Source of the DNA: an uncultured delta proteobacterium
GTDB lineage: Bacteria > Desulfobacterota > Desulfobacteria > Desulfobacterales > JAFDCJ01
Length of the DNA stretch: 64,000 bases
NCBI GenBank assembly: GCA_963769935.1
Contig: CAVYNY010000011.1
Location: forward strand, 1-64,000
Direction of reading: 5' to 3'
Part shown: in pieces, positions 19,554 to 30,649 of the stretch
How the letters are laid out: each line of letters begins with the position of its first letter
Position numbering within the stretch: position 1 is the first letter of the stretch
Program-made: the position numbers and the translations under genes
Notes under the pieces: model-generated
Seen by the model: the letters and a program-made list of their open reading frames with translations, nothing else
What the model was told of the DNA's origin: nothing
Databases searched by the model: none

Positions 19554-21392
19554 ATGCATGGATGGAGAGGAAAAGTATTACGGGTCGACCTTTCCGGCGG
19601 GCAAGTCACGGATCATCCTCTGGATGAAAAAATGGCCAGAGATTACATTGGTGGACGCGGCTTCGGTATTTTCACCATGCTGGCCGAGCTCGATCCCAAT
19701 TGTGATTCGCTCGGGCCTGAAAACATTCTCATTATGGCCGCCGGTCCGCTGACGGGAACCCGGGCGCCCACCGGTGCCCGCTACATGGTGATGACAAAAT
19801 CCCCCCTGACCGGAGCGATTACGTGTTCAAACTCCGGCGGAAAATTCCCGGCCATGCTGAAGAAAAGCGGCATCGACATGATCATATTCAGCGGCAAATC
19901 TCCCGAACCGGTTTACCTGTGGGTAAATGCCGGCCGCGCCCGACTGCGTCCGGCCGCCCATCTGTGGGGCAAAAACACCCATGAGACCGAATCGGACCTG
20001 CGCCGTGAAACGCATCCGGAGGCCTGCGTGGCCTGTATCGGCCCGGCCGGTGAACGGGCCGTCCTGTTCGCGGGCATCATGAACGACGGGGACCGTGCCG
20101 CCGGCCGTTCAGGGGTCGGCGCGGTCATGGGCGCGAAGAACCTCAAGGCCGTGGCCGTTTACGGCGATTCGCCCGTTCCCCTGTTTGATGCGGCCGAATT
20201 CAAAGATTTGGTCAAAAAATTCAACCGCAAGTTCAGCGACAGCCTCAATGGCAAGCCGCCGGGATTGCGCACTTACGGCACCGCGGCTACCATAATCGGC
20301 ACCCAGGCGGTCGGAGCGCTGCCCACCCGCAATTTTCAGCAGGGAACTTTCGAGGGGTGGGAAGCCATCAGCGGCCAGACCCTGACCGATAAATATCTGG
20401 TCCGATCCAAAGCCTGCCACGCCTGTCCGATCGGCTGCGGCCGCGTAAGCCGGGTGGAGGAACCGGACTTCCAGGGCGAAGGCGAGGGCCCGGAGTACGA
20501 AACCATTTATGCCATGGGGTCAAACTGCGGAATCGACAACCTGGCGGCGATCACCAAGGCCAATTATATCTGCAATGAGCAGGGCATGGACACGATTACC
20601 ATGGGCGGCACCGTCGCCTGCGCCATGGAGATGTTCGAAAAAGGCATCATCACGGAAAAAGACGTCGGTATGCCCCTGATGTTCGGCGACGCCAAGGCCC
20701 TGGTGGAACTCACGCGGCTGACGGCGGAAAAGAAGGGATTCGGTGCGTTGCTGGCCGAGGGCAGCCTGCGGCTGGCCCGGCGGTTCGGCCATCCGGAGTT
20801 GGCCGTCACGGTCAAGGGGCAGGAGTTCGCGGGCTACGATCCGCGGGCGGAACAGGGCATGGGACTGGCCTACGCCACCTCCCCGATCGGCGCCTCGCAC
20901 ATGCGCGGCGATCCGGCCTATATCGAAATTCTAGGGGTGCCATTTCAGATTGACCCTCTCACCTGGGACGATAAGGCGCAGCTGATTAAGGACTGGCAGG
21001 ACACCTTCGCCGTGATCGACGCGGCCGGTCTGTGTGTATTCTTCTCGATGCGCAATCTGGTCATTCCGGACCGGACGATCCGCCCCCAGGGCATCATGGA
21101 ACTGCTGAATGCCGCGACCGGCGCCGGCTATACCCTGGATGAGATCTGCCTGGCCGGCGAACGGATTTTCAATGCCGAACGCCTGTTTTTGACAAGGGCC
21201 GGGTTTTCCGCTAAGGACGACACCCTGCCCGAGCGCATTCTCAAGCAGCCCCTGCCCGATGGACCGGCCGGCGGCATGGTCTGTCATCTCGACGAGATGC
21301 TGAGGGACTATTACCCGTTGCGGGGATGGGACGGCGCGGGCCATCCGACCCGCGACAAACTGAACCAACTTGGGCTTACAGCGACCGATTAG
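19554..21392 (+). CDS. aor: Aldehyde:ferredoxin oxidoreductase (tungstopterin AOR family)
   Basis: GKVLRVDLS; YIGGRG; AAGRSGVGAVMGAKNLKA; CHACPIGC; EGPEYE; DDTLPER; RBS AGGAGG. Confidence 0.93.
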   Translation: MHGWRGKVLRVDLSGGQVTDHPLDEKMARDYIGGRGFGIFTMLAELDPNCDSLGPENILIMAAGPLTGTRAPTGARYMVMTKSPLTGAITCSNSGGKFPAMLKKSGIDMIIFSGKSPEPVYLWVNAGRARLRPAAHLWGKNTHETESDLRRETHPEACVACIGPAGERAVLFAGIMNDGDRAAGRSGVGAVMGAKNLKAVAVYGDSPVPLFDAAEFKDLVKKFNRKFSDSLNGKPPGLRTYGTAATIIGTQAVGALPTRNFQQGTFEGWEAISGQTLTDKYLVRSKACHACPIGCGRVSRVEEPDFQGEGEGPEYETIYAMGSNCGIDNLAAITKANYICNEQGMDTITMGGTVACAMEMFEKGIITEKDVGMPLMFGDAKALVELTRLTAEKKGFGALLAEGSLRLARRFGHPELAVTVKGQEFAGYDPRAEQGMGLAYATSPIGASHMRGDPAYIEILGVPFQIDPLTWDDKAQLIKDWQDTFAVIDAAGLCVFFSMRNLVIPDRTIRPQGIMELLNAATGAGYTLDEICLAGERIFNAERLFLTRAGFSAKDDTLPERILKQPLPDGPAGGMVCHLDEMLRDYYPLRGWDGAGHPTRDKLNQLGLTATD

Positions 21393-21580
21393 ATCGGGAC
21401 ATTGGAAACGGATACAAAATTTTAAAATAATACTTAGATCCCGGGACTGACCTTTCTTGTGCATGGTCTTTTGAATCTACTTAGTCTCTATCCCATTCAG
21501 CTCGCGTTGCCTTGAAGTCAGGAAGATCCCTGCGGTCTTTCCAGACCCCGGCAGCCGCGCGCAATACGGCCTCCCGCCGG

Positions 21581-21617
21581 CGGCGGCGATTTTTTCACGG
21601 TCTTCGGGGATGATAAT
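21581..21617 (-). repeat. 37-bp relic of a moeA 3' end (34/37 identical to 29049-29085)
   Basis: Minus strand reads IIIPEDREKIAA versus IIIPEDREEIAA in moeA. Confidence 0.8.
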
Positions 21618-21662
21618 TCATTGAACAGGCTGATTCTGGATAAAAAATGGTCCCGACCGCAT

Positions 21663-22658
21663 TTAGGAACGGAAATGACAGGCCGCCCAGTGACCGGGAT
21701 CTTTTTCTTCCAGCAATGGTCCTTCCAGGGTGCAGACCTGTTGGGCTTCCGGACAGCGCGAGTGGAAGGCACAGCCCCGGGGCGGATCGGCCGGACTCGG
21801 CAACTCGCCGGCCAGAATCCGTCGTCGGCGCCGGCGCTGCAATACCGGATCCGGCAAAGGAATTGCGCTCATAAGCGCTTCGGTATAGGGATGCAGGGGC
21901 GCGTCGAACAGCGTCTTGGTGGGTGCCGTCTCCACGATTTTGCCCAAATAGAAAACCGCGACCCGGTCGCAGATATGACGGATTACGGACAAATCATGGG
22001 AGATGAACAGATAGGCCATGTGCATTTCCTGCTGGAGATCAACGAGAAGGTTTAGGATTTGAGACTGCACCGACACGTCTAAAGCTGAAACGGGTTCATC
22101 GCAGACAACCAGCCGCGGCCTGAGAGCCAGGGCCCTGGCGATGACCAGCCGCTGCCGTTGACCGCCTGAAAATTCGTGGGGATAGCGGGAAATATACTCG
22201 CTCTGCAGTCCGACGGTTTCAAAAAGGGCTTTGACCCGGTTTTTCAGTTCGGCGCCTCTGGCATTTTGATGCACGTAAAGCGGTTCACCGACACTTTCCC
22301 CCACCGTCATTTTGGGGTTCAGCGATGAGACCGGATCCTGAAATATGATCTGCATGTGGCGGCGAATGCGGCGCAGGCTGTCGCTATCCTGCGAATTCAT
22401 TATCTCGCCGTCGAACTCCACCGATCCGGCCGTGGGTTCCACCATCCGCAGAACAGCGTTTCCAACCGTGGATTTGCCGCAGCCGGATTCCCCCACGACA
22501 CCGAAGTTTTCAGCGGCATCAATAACAAAACTGACACCGTCGACGGCTTTGACGACCCCTGTTTGGCGGCCGAACAACCCGCCCCGAATCGGGAAGTGAA
22601 TCTTTAAGTCCGTTACCCGCAGAAGCGGCGCCTTCTGAGTATTTTTTGCTGCTGTCAT
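21663..22658 (-). CDS. Dpp/Opp ABC ATP-binding subunit (DppF-like)
   Basis: [27 protein letters not shown]. Confidence 0.93.
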   Translation of the reverse strand: MTAAKNTQKAPLLRVTDLKIHFPIRGGLFGRQTGVVKAVDGVSFVIDAAENFGVVGESGCGKSTVGNAVLRMVEPTAGSVEFDGEIMNSQDSDSLRRIRRHMQIIFQDPVSSLNPKMTVGESVGEPLYVHQNARGAELKNRVKALFETVGLQSEYISRYPHEFSGGQRQRLVIARALALRPRLVVCDEPVSALDVSVQSQILNLLVDLQQEMHMAYLFISHDLSVIRHICDRVAVFYLGKIVETAPTKTLFDAPLHPYTEALMSAIPLPDPVLQRRRRRRILAGELPSPADPPRGCAFHSRCPEAQQVCTLEGPLLEEKDPGHWAACHFRS

Positions 22659-23638
22659 CCGTTCGAACCCATCTGTTCCAAGTGTTTCCAGCAGGCGACA
22701 AAGTAGTCTCCCTCCCGTATCGGCTCCAGCCGCGGCGTCTCACAACGACAGGTGTCATCCGCCAGGGGGCAGCGGGTTTGGAAACGACAGCCGGGCGGCC
22801 AATTGCGGGGATCGGGCACAACCCCCTCAATGATGTGCAGTTTCTCCTTTTGCCGGCCGTCGATGCGGGGGATGCTTTTCAAGAGCAGCCGGGTATACGG
22901 GTGTCTGGGCGCTCTGAAAATTTCAAACACATCCCCCTGTTCAACCACGCGCCCGGCATACATTACCGCTACCTGATCGGCCATATCGGCGACGATGCCC
23001 ATGTCATGGGTGATCAGAATCACCGCCGTACCAATTTCTGCCCGCATCGTGCGAATCAGGTCGAGGATTTGGGCCTGAATCGTCACATCGAGCGCGGTTG
23101 TCGGTTCATCCGCAATGAGGACCGAAGGCCGGCATGCAAGTGCCGCCGCAATCATGATGCGTTGGCACATACCGCCCGAGAGCTCGAATGGATATTGTTT
23201 TAACCGGGTGCCGGCCTCCGCAATCCCCACCAGCTCAAGCATTGCCAAAGCCTGCTGCAAGGCTTTCGGGCGTGCAATGTTCTGGTGGGCCTGGATCGAT
23301 TCAATGATCTGGTCGCCGACGGTCATCAAAGGGTCGAGGGCGCTGCCGGGTTCCTGAAATATCATAGCAATGTCGTTGCCCCGAATGCGTTGCATGTCTT
23401 TTTCGGGTATCTTGGAAAAGTCCTTTCCATTCAGGCGCAATGAGCCTTGGCTCAATTTTGCCGCCTCCGGCAGCAGGCGCATCAGCGCCAGGGCCGTGAT
23501 CGTTTTTCCACAGCCGGACTCGCCCACCAAGGCCAGGGTTTTACCGGTTTCAATTGCAAAACTGACGTCGGAAATAATGTCGATGCCGTCGATGGTGACG
23601 CAGAGATTATCTATTTCCAACAATGCCTGGCTATCCAA
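22655..23638 (-). CDS. Dpp/Opp ABC ATP-binding subunit (DppD-like)
   Basis: [25 protein letters not shown]. Confidence 0.93.
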   Translation of the reverse strand: MDSQALLEIDNLCVTIDGIDIISDVSFAIETGKTLALVGESGCGKTITALALMRLLPEAAKLSQGSLRLNGKDFSKIPEKDMQRIRGNDIAMIFQEPGSALDPLMTVGDQIIESIQAHQNIARPKALQQALAMLELVGIAEAGTRLKQYPFELSGGMCQRIMIAAALACRPSVLIADEPTTALDVTIQAQILDLIRTMRAEIGTAVILITHDMGIVADMADQVAVMYAGRVVEQGDVFEIFRAPRHPYTRLLLKSIPRIDGRQKEKLHIIEGVVPDPRNWPPGCRFQTRCPLADDTCRCETPRLEPIREGDYFVACWKHLEQMGSNG

Positions 23639-23645
23639 CGGGTTC

Positions 23646-24536
23646 CTATCTCCTCAAGCTGCGGGGATCAAATCGATCGCGCAGGTAGTCGCCGATCATG
23701 TTGACGGACAACACCAAAAGAAACAAACAAATCCCGGGCAGCGTGGCAATCCACCAGGCAATTGCCATGTAGTTGCGGCCCGTGCTTAAAATGGAACCCC
23801 AGCTCGGCGTCGGGGCCTGCACCCCCAGTCCCAGAAACGACAGGCCGGCCTCGAAAAGGATCATCAGTCCAAATTCCAGCGTTGCGACCACAATCAGCGG
23901 TGCGATGATATTGGGGGCAATGTGGCGCCATAATATGCGGCGGGTCTTGATGCCGATAAAGTGCGATGCCTTGACATAGGGCATATTGGCAACGCTCAAT
24001 GTCTGACCATAGGCCACGCGGGAATAGCGGGGCCAGCGGGTGAATCCAAGCACCAGGATTAAATTCTTCAGTCCCGGCCCGAGTACGGCCACGGTGATGA
24101 TGGCCAGCAGAAGGGGCGGGATCGATAAAACAATATCCACGATACGCATGATTACGACTTCGACCTTGCCCCGGTAATAGCCGGCAATCAGTCCCAGCCA
24201 TGTGCCGACAAAAGTTGAGACCACCACCGACAGCAAGGCCACAAACAGCGAAATGCGTGTGCCGTAGATGATTCGGCTCAGCAGGTCGCGGCCAAGCTGG
24301 TCCGTTCCCAGCAGGTATAATTTGCCGCCGGCTGCCGTTCCCGGCGGCTTGAGACGGGCCAGCAGATTTTGAACATCGGGATCAAAGGGGGCCACCAGCG
24401 GAGCCAAAACCGCGACCGCTGTGAAGAAGCCGAAAATAATGAACAGTGGCCATATGTTGCCGGAATCACCAAATAAAGTGGTCAACCCCCAGCGTTGGGG
24501 ATGAAAATTTTCCATGGTTTGCTTGTGGGCCGTCAT
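23646..24536 (-). CDS. Dpp/Opp ABC permease (DppC-like)
   Basis: LGTDQLGRDLLSRIIYG; GDYLRDRFDP. Confidence 0.93.
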   Translation of the reverse strand: MTAHKQTMENFHPQRWGLTTLFGDSGNIWPLFIIFGFFTAVAVLAPLVAPFDPDVQNLLARLKPPGTAAGGKLYLLGTDQLGRDLLSRIIYGTRISLFVALLSVVVSTFVGTWLGLIAGYYRGKVEVVIMRIVDIVLSIPPLLLAIITVAVLGPGLKNLILVLGFTRWPRYSRVAYGQTLSVANMPYVKASHFIGIKTRRILWRHIAPNIIAPLIVVATLEFGLMILFEAGLSFLGLGVQAPTPSWGSILSTGRNYMAIAWWIATLPGICLFLLVLSVNMIGDYLRDRFDPRSLRR

Positions 24537-25462
24537 GAACCGTGCCTTTCCAGTTTAATGCGCGGGTCAACCACACTGTAAAGGATGTCGGCCAGGAAAT
24601 TCAGAAAAATGTAGACCATCGATCCAAGCAGTACCAAGGCCTGCACCACAGGAAAGTCACGCGCTTCGATGGCTTGGACGGCCAGCTGCCCGAGCCCCGG
24701 CCAGGCAAACACGGTTTCTACGATTACCGCGCCGGCCAGCAGCATGGCCAATTCAAGCGCGCCGATGGTAATCAGCGGAATGGATGCGTTGCGCAGGACG
24801 TGGCGCGACAACACTTTTGCAAAGGAGATGCCTTTGGCCTTGGCCGCGCGGACATAGTCCTTGCCCAGCTCTTCGATAATACTGGTGCGCAAAATCCGTG
24901 CAAAGGTCGCCATGGATAAGGCCCCGAGACTGATAGCCGGCATAATCACCGATAAAGGTTCTTCGGCCCCGGAAGACGGCAATACCCCGAGCGTGATCGC
25001 AAACAGCATGATCATCAGGATGCCGGTCCAAAACGTCGGCATGCTTTGACCGATTAAGACAATGGGCATGAGCAGGCGTTCGATCAGCCTGCCGCGATAG
25101 ACGCCGGTGATTATTCCGACCGGCAGACCCACGCACAGGGCGACAAGCAAGGAGGCCGCTGCAAGATACATTGTGTACGGCACGCGGGCACTAATGACTT
25201 CTATAACCGGCAGGTTTTGGACAAAGGAGGTGCCCAGGTCGAAACGGATAAGATGCCAGAGGTAGTCGGCATACTGGATAATCATCGGCCTGTCGAAGCC
25301 GAACTGGGACCGAATCAGGGCAATGTCTTTGGCGGTGGCCCCCTGAGGCGCCAGCAGCAACGCCGGGTCACCGGACATCTGCAGAATAAGGAACACCAGC
25401 GTGACAACTCCCCATACTGCAAATAAAGATTGAATTATGCGTTTTAACAGATATCCCGACAT
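24533..25462 (-). CDS. Dpp/Opp ABC permease (DppB-like)
   Basis: DYVRAAKAKG; ETVFAWPGLGQL. Confidence 0.93.
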   Translation of the reverse strand: MSGYLLKRIIQSLFAVWGVVTLVFLILQMSGDPALLLAPQGATAKDIALIRSQFGFDRPMIIQYADYLWHLIRFDLGTSFVQNLPVIEVISARVPYTMYLAAASLLVALCVGLPVGIITGVYRGRLIERLLMPIVLIGQSMPTFWTGILMIMLFAITLGVLPSSGAEEPLSVIMPAISLGALSMATFARILRTSIIEELGKDYVRAAKAKGISFAKVLSRHVLRNASIPLITIGALELAMLLAGAVIVETVFAWPGLGQLAVQAIEARDFPVVQALVLLGSMVYIFLNFLADILYSVVDPRIKLERHGS

Positions 25463-25624
25463 TTATCGAAGGGTAAGCTCTTTTGTTTCATCAAAAACTT
25501 ACGATTGAACTCAAAGCATCCAAAAGGAATCAGGGGGGAAGGATCGCTGCCGGAAATGCTTCCCCCCTTCACAGAACGTATGAGACCTCGCGAAATTACG
25601 ATGCAACTATCAGGTAACCATTCT

Positions 25625-25709
25625 GCCGCAGAGACCGCTGAGATCGCAGAGATTAGGAAAAATTGTAAGAGAGTTCCCTCAGCGTTCCTCTGCGAACTTG
25701 GCGGTGAAA
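25625..25709. repeat. Inverted CCGCAGAG-type repeat cassette
   Basis: CCGCAGAGACCGCTGAGATCGCAGAG ... CTCAGCGTTCCTCTGCGAACTTGGCGG; relatives at 30412-30440 and 48596-48682. Confidence 0.75.
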
Positions 25710-25787
25710 TATTAAGTTTTATTTCTCGATCAGACCGGCCGTTATTTTGGCCGGCGGTTGGGATGAAAGTTAATTTGTAAATGTACG

Positions 25788-27296
25788 CTATTGCTTCCAA
25801 CGCATGTCCATGATGAACAAACTCTCGTCGGGTGTCGGCTGCCACTGCAATTGCTTGGCAGCGCCATAGATAATCCCCACCTGGTAAAGGGGAACCAGAG
25901 GAACTTGATCCTGAATAATCTGGTGAGCCTGCCGATAAGCCTGCATGCGTTCAGCGGGATCCAGCGTGGATCGGCCTTTTTCCAAGGCCTGGTCCAATTG
26001 CGGGTTATCGATGTTGGACCAGATGCTTTTGGAATCGAGCATGGGATAAAGGATTCCGTCCGCATCCTGGCAGGCGCAGGACCAGCGTCCGAAGCTTGTG
26101 GGATCCTTGTCTTCAGCTGATGACTGCATCCGTTTCAGAAAGGTAGCCATGTCCATACCGACGATTTTGGCGTTGATGCCGACATTGCGAAGCATCTGCT
26201 GAATGGCTTCGACGACCCGCTGGTCAAACACCGCCGGGGCGGTCAGAATTTCTATCGGCGTATCTCCCAGGCCGGCTTCCTGCAGAAGGGCCTTGGCTTT
26301 GGCGGGGTCATACGGATAGCTTTTAAAGGAAGCATCGTAGCCGAAACTGGTGTCGCCGACCATAACATTGACCTTCTTGGAATAGCCGCCCTGCAGTCCG
26401 TTGACAATCAAATCGCGGTCGATGGCGTACGCAATGGCCTTTCGTACCTTTAAGTCCGCCGTAGGACCGGCCAGGGTGTTGATGCGAAAGTAGGCCACCC
26501 TTTCAGTAGGGACGGAAAGAACTTTGGCTCTGGGGTCGTGCTTGAGCTGGGCGGCGATATCCGCGTCGAGGCTCACTACCAGATCGCTCTTTCCCGTGCG
26601 CAAATCGGCAACGCGGGTCGATTTTTCAGGCACAGCCTGGAATTCGACCATTGGAAAAGGCGGATTGCCGCGCCAGTAGCCGGGGTTGGCTTTTAGGACA
26701 ACCTTGACGCCTTTTTTCCACTCGACAAACTTATAAGGGCCGCTGCCGACGGGCTGTTTGTTAAACTCCTCATCGCCCACCGAGGTCACATAGGTTTTCG
26801 GCACAATACTCAGTTTAACCAGCTGGGCCATTAAAACCGGGTAGGGCACCTTGGTCGTCAGGCGTACCGTCTCCTTGTCGACAGCTTCCGCCTTTGTAAT
26901 GGTATTAAATTGACCGGCTTGAGGACTCTTAAAGTCCGGATCGATGATGCGCATGACGGAGAATACAACGTCATCAACCGTCAATGGCGAGCCATCATGA
27001 AATTTGATATCCGTGCGGATCTTAAAATCAACAACTGTCGGGCTCTGATATTTCCAGGAGACCGCCACCTGGGGAACGATCTTTCCTTCGGGATTTCTGG
27101 TTACCATATTGTCGAAAATATTGCGGTAGACATAGTAGCTGCTGGGATTCCATTGCTTGTGCGGATCCAGGGTCGTGGGCTCGCTGACCAGATCAATAAC
27201 CAATGTCTCTTTGGCCGCCTGGACGGCAGGCACACCTCCCAGACTCATAAGCATTGCCAAACAGGCTGCTATAAAAAGATATCCGGATTTTCTCAT
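25788..27296 (-). CDS. Family-5 ABC substrate-binding protein
   Basis: ATG 27296 after GGAGG; EPTTLDPH; KFHDGSP; PVGSGPY. Confidence 0.93.
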   Translation of the reverse strand: MRKSGYLFIAACLAMLMSLGGVPAVQAAKETLVIDLVSEPTTLDPHKQWNPSSYYVYRNIFDNMVTRNPEGKIVPQVAVSWKYQSPTVVDFKIRTDIKFHDGSPLTVDDVVFSVMRIIDPDFKSPQAGQFNTITKAEAVDKETVRLTTKVPYPVLMAQLVKLSIVPKTYVTSVGDEEFNKQPVGSGPYKFVEWKKGVKVVLKANPGYWRGNPPFPMVEFQAVPEKSTRVADLRTGKSDLVVSLDADIAAQLKHDPRAKVLSVPTERVAYFRINTLAGPTADLKVRKAIAYAIDRDLIVNGLQGGYSKKVNVMVGDTSFGYDASFKSYPYDPAKAKALLQEAGLGDTPIEILTAPAVFDQRVVEAIQQMLRNVGINAKIVGMDMATFLKRMQSSAEDKDPTSFGRWSCACQDADGILYPMLDSKSIWSNIDNPQLDQALEKGRSTLDPAERMQAYRQAHQIIQDQVPLVPLYQVGIIYGAAKQLQWQPTPDESLFIMDMRWKQ

Positions 27297-27463
27297 CAAA
27301 TACCTCCTGTAATGTATTAAAATAGACTTTTTGCGAATTCCATCTGGCGGACAAATATTGATACAATTCGTCGGGCAGTGCAACCTAAAATCATAATGGC
27401 TACAATTTTTTTGCAGGCATTCCTGTTATTCATAATGGGTCCACATTCGAATGACTTTGACTG

Positions 27464-28994
27464 CTAAAATTTGAAAAACGGGGCATGATTGGAGGTAAAA
27501 AAGGGAGGATCCTGGTTTAAGATCTTTTTCACCACCGGATGCCGTTTGAATTCTTTGGCCAGAAACTGGCGGACAGCCCCCCGGTCCCATCCTTTGGGAT
27601 GACGGAAACCTGTGTAAAGGGATAGATCCCCCTCGTAGAGCGGGCGGGTCTCGAGTTGCAGCGCCCGTCGGCTGCAAATCGGCAAATTAAAAATGGCCAG
27701 ATTCAGAAAATTGATGGCTTCGTGGTGTCGGACCGTGAAGTCCAGGGTGGCGCGGGCTTCGGTCAGGCTCTCCGAAGGCGTCCCAAAGAGAAGATAAACA
27801 TAGGTGGCGATGCCCGCTTGTTTGAGATTTTGCAAAGCACGGGAAGCCAAAGCCAGGTCGATTCCCTTCTGTTCCGCATCCAGCACCGTCTGCGCACCGG
27901 ATTCCAGGCCGACTTTCAACATCACACATCCGGATCGTCTCAGTGCCAGGCAAAAATCCGGGTCGGCCAGTCTGCGGCTGAGGCGGGCAAATCCATACCA
28001 GGCAGCCTGCGGCGGCTGTTCGATCAGACTTTGCATCAGGACGGGGCTGACGGCATTGTCCAGCAGATGGATCAAGGTCGGCCGGGTCTTGGCCGCCAAA
28101 ATTTTGAGATCGGCGCTGACGGTTGCCGGCGGCACGGCAACATAAAGATTGCCTTCGGCTTTTTCAGGGCAAAACGCACATCGATTCCAGTAGCAGCCCG
28201 TCGAAGCGCTGTAGGGTAAAATCGGGCCCGGCGCCAGATAATCGGCCAGGGGGAAAGCATCGTAATCCGGACGATGGTGCTCCGACAATGATGTCGGCGC
28301 ACCGGAAATCCCGAGCAAGCGAGAGCAGGGCAGCCTCGCCGGGACCCTGTACCAGGTGGTCCACCAGACCGCCGAAGGGATTGTTCCAGTCCGGCCGCTG
28401 CATCCACGAGGTAATCAGTCCCCCGCCCAGCACCAGGGTGAGTTCCGGCCATTGCCGCCGGATAAAACCCAACATGGCAAAGGTGCACAGCGCCTGGCTC
28501 AAATAATTCATTGAAAATCCGACAACGCGCGGTTGTTCCGTTTCAAAAAGCGCTGCCAGACGCCTTTTAAAATACGGGTAAAAGGGATTTTTTTCCGGAT
28601 GACGGGAGGCCCGCAGGAGGTCGCTGCTGCTGAGCGGCGAAAGTTCGGCATCCTGATAGTCGGTCAGGCTCAATCGAACCGAGTTCTGCCGGGGCGCGAT
28701 TTCAACCAGCCGATTGATATCCGCCACCGCCCGGCGATAGCGATCCGGGGTGCGATAGGTCCCCGGATCCCGCAGGGCCTGCAGGTGGTGACGCCGGTTG
28801 CGAAAGGCCCTGGTCGTCCACCGGTCGGATGCGACCGGCGGCCCCTGGATGAGATTTAACAATCCTTCCAAATTGGCATCTAAAATCCTGTATTTCAACC
28901 CATTGCGTTTAAGTGCCCCGGCAAGTTGGGCGATGCCTCCCGGAGGCTCGCCGGGTTTAGCGATTGGCGGGTGGATAAATATCATGGTTGCCAT
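27464..28994 (-). CDS. Radical SAM protein with N-terminal cobalamin-binding-like domain; +1 frameshift near 28319
   Basis: N-part LVLGGG...GPGE; C-part GCYWNRCAFC (CxxxCxxC), VGLESG, YLLFGTPSE. Confidence 0.85.
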
Positions 28995-30226
28995 CGATTG
29001 GTTCAAGGAAGGAATGGAAAGCAAGCAGCTGGATATCGATTATCTCGCCGGCGGCGATTTCTTCACGGTCTTCGGGGATAATGATCAGGGCCTCTTTCCG
29101 GGCCATGGACTGCAGGGTGCTTTTCAGGCGGGCCGGATGAACGATGAGTTGATTTTGCCGCTTTTCAAGGCGGGCGTGGATAAAGTCGGTCCATTCTGTT
29201 TTGCCGTGCACGGACGCCGCGAGCCGGGCGGATGCCAGCGGGAAAGGGAAGGGATGATCGCCTTTCATCTTCAGCAGGGCGGGCAGCGCCAGCTGTAAAA
29301 AGGCCATTTCATTGGAAGGGGGGCCGCCCGGCAGGCAAAAAAAAGGTTTGCCCTCCAACAGGCCGAATCCCACCGGTTTGCCGGGACCCATGCGAACGCG
29401 GTGATAAACGCGCCTGCCACTTTAAGCCTTCGACAACCGCTAAAATCAAATCCCGCTCACTGCCCCAGGCCCCGCCGCTGGTTAAAAATGCGTCGACATC
29501 CGGCAGGTGCTTCGTTATTGTATTTTCTATCGTTTGGCTGCAATCGGGAACCAGCTCCATTTTGTAAGGCAATCCGAACTGAGACAGCCAGGCACAACTC
29601 TCCACCATATTGCTGGCGTACAACTGTCCTCTTTGCAGGGGACTGCCGGGTGTTACCACCTCGTCACCGCTGGCGATTACCGCCACCCGCGGCGGCCGAT
29701 ACACGGCGGCTGCATCCAGACCGGCTGCGGCCAGAAGACCGATGAGGGCCGGGTGCAGCCGCGTGTTTTTCCCGGCAACGGTCTCTCCTATGCGGATGTC
29801 TCTTGCCCGTTGATGAATATTGCGCCCGGCTTCGGCGCTATTGAAGGCTGCAATAGTGTTGCCTTCCAGGCGGCAGAATTCTTCCGACAATACGGCATCC
29901 GCACCTTCCGGCAGCGGCGCCCCGGTAGTGACACGCACCGCCTGGCCGGATTTGATCTTCAACTCCCGGCGGTCGCCGGCTGATAGATTGCCTTTTATTT
30001 CCAGCGAAACCAGGTTCTGCTCGCTTGCCGCGGCCAGATCAGTGGAGACCACCGCATAGCCGTCCTTGCGGGAAGCGCTTACAGACGGGCAATCCACCCG
30101 GGCCGCCACATCTTCGGCCAGAACACTGCCCACCAGGCGCTCCAAAGGAAGAATTTCGGTTTCCCCGGGGACCACATGGGACAGGGTGAGTTCCAGAGCT
30201 TCTTTAAATCCGATAAATTCTTTCAT
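28957..30226 (-). CDS. moeA: Molybdopterin molybdotransferase; +1 frameshift near 29412
   Basis: SRKDGYAV, TTGAPLPEGADAV, ASGDEV, TSGG; rejoined GVYHRVRMGPGKP...LPGGPPS. Confidence 0.9.
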
Positions 30227-30649
30227 TGGACTCACATTAGGGAGTTTTCCGAGTATCTATAAAGGTTTTTGTCAGATTGTAACGTAAAATTAAAAAATCC
30301 CATGCAAGCACCAAAATAAAATTAAATCTCAAATATCAATATTCAAAAACTCGACTTGAATTAAAGAATCCTCTTTTTTCTTCTAATACGTTCAATGTTG
30401 TTGAGACCTGGATTCACCGCAGAGGCGCAAGAGCGCAGAGGGCATTTTTCTTATTTCTTTTCGGTGAGAGGCCGAAAAGAAATGAATTTCGCCCTTCTAC
30501 GCCAGCGGATTCGCTGACACCCTGGCCCAGACCTGACTTTGTATGAATTTGTAAAACTAGACATTATTGGATTTCCCTGGCTAACAGAAAAAATTCTCTA
30601 TGTCGCACCAGGGCAGGCTGACATTTACACCTGAAACCTCTCCAAGCAC

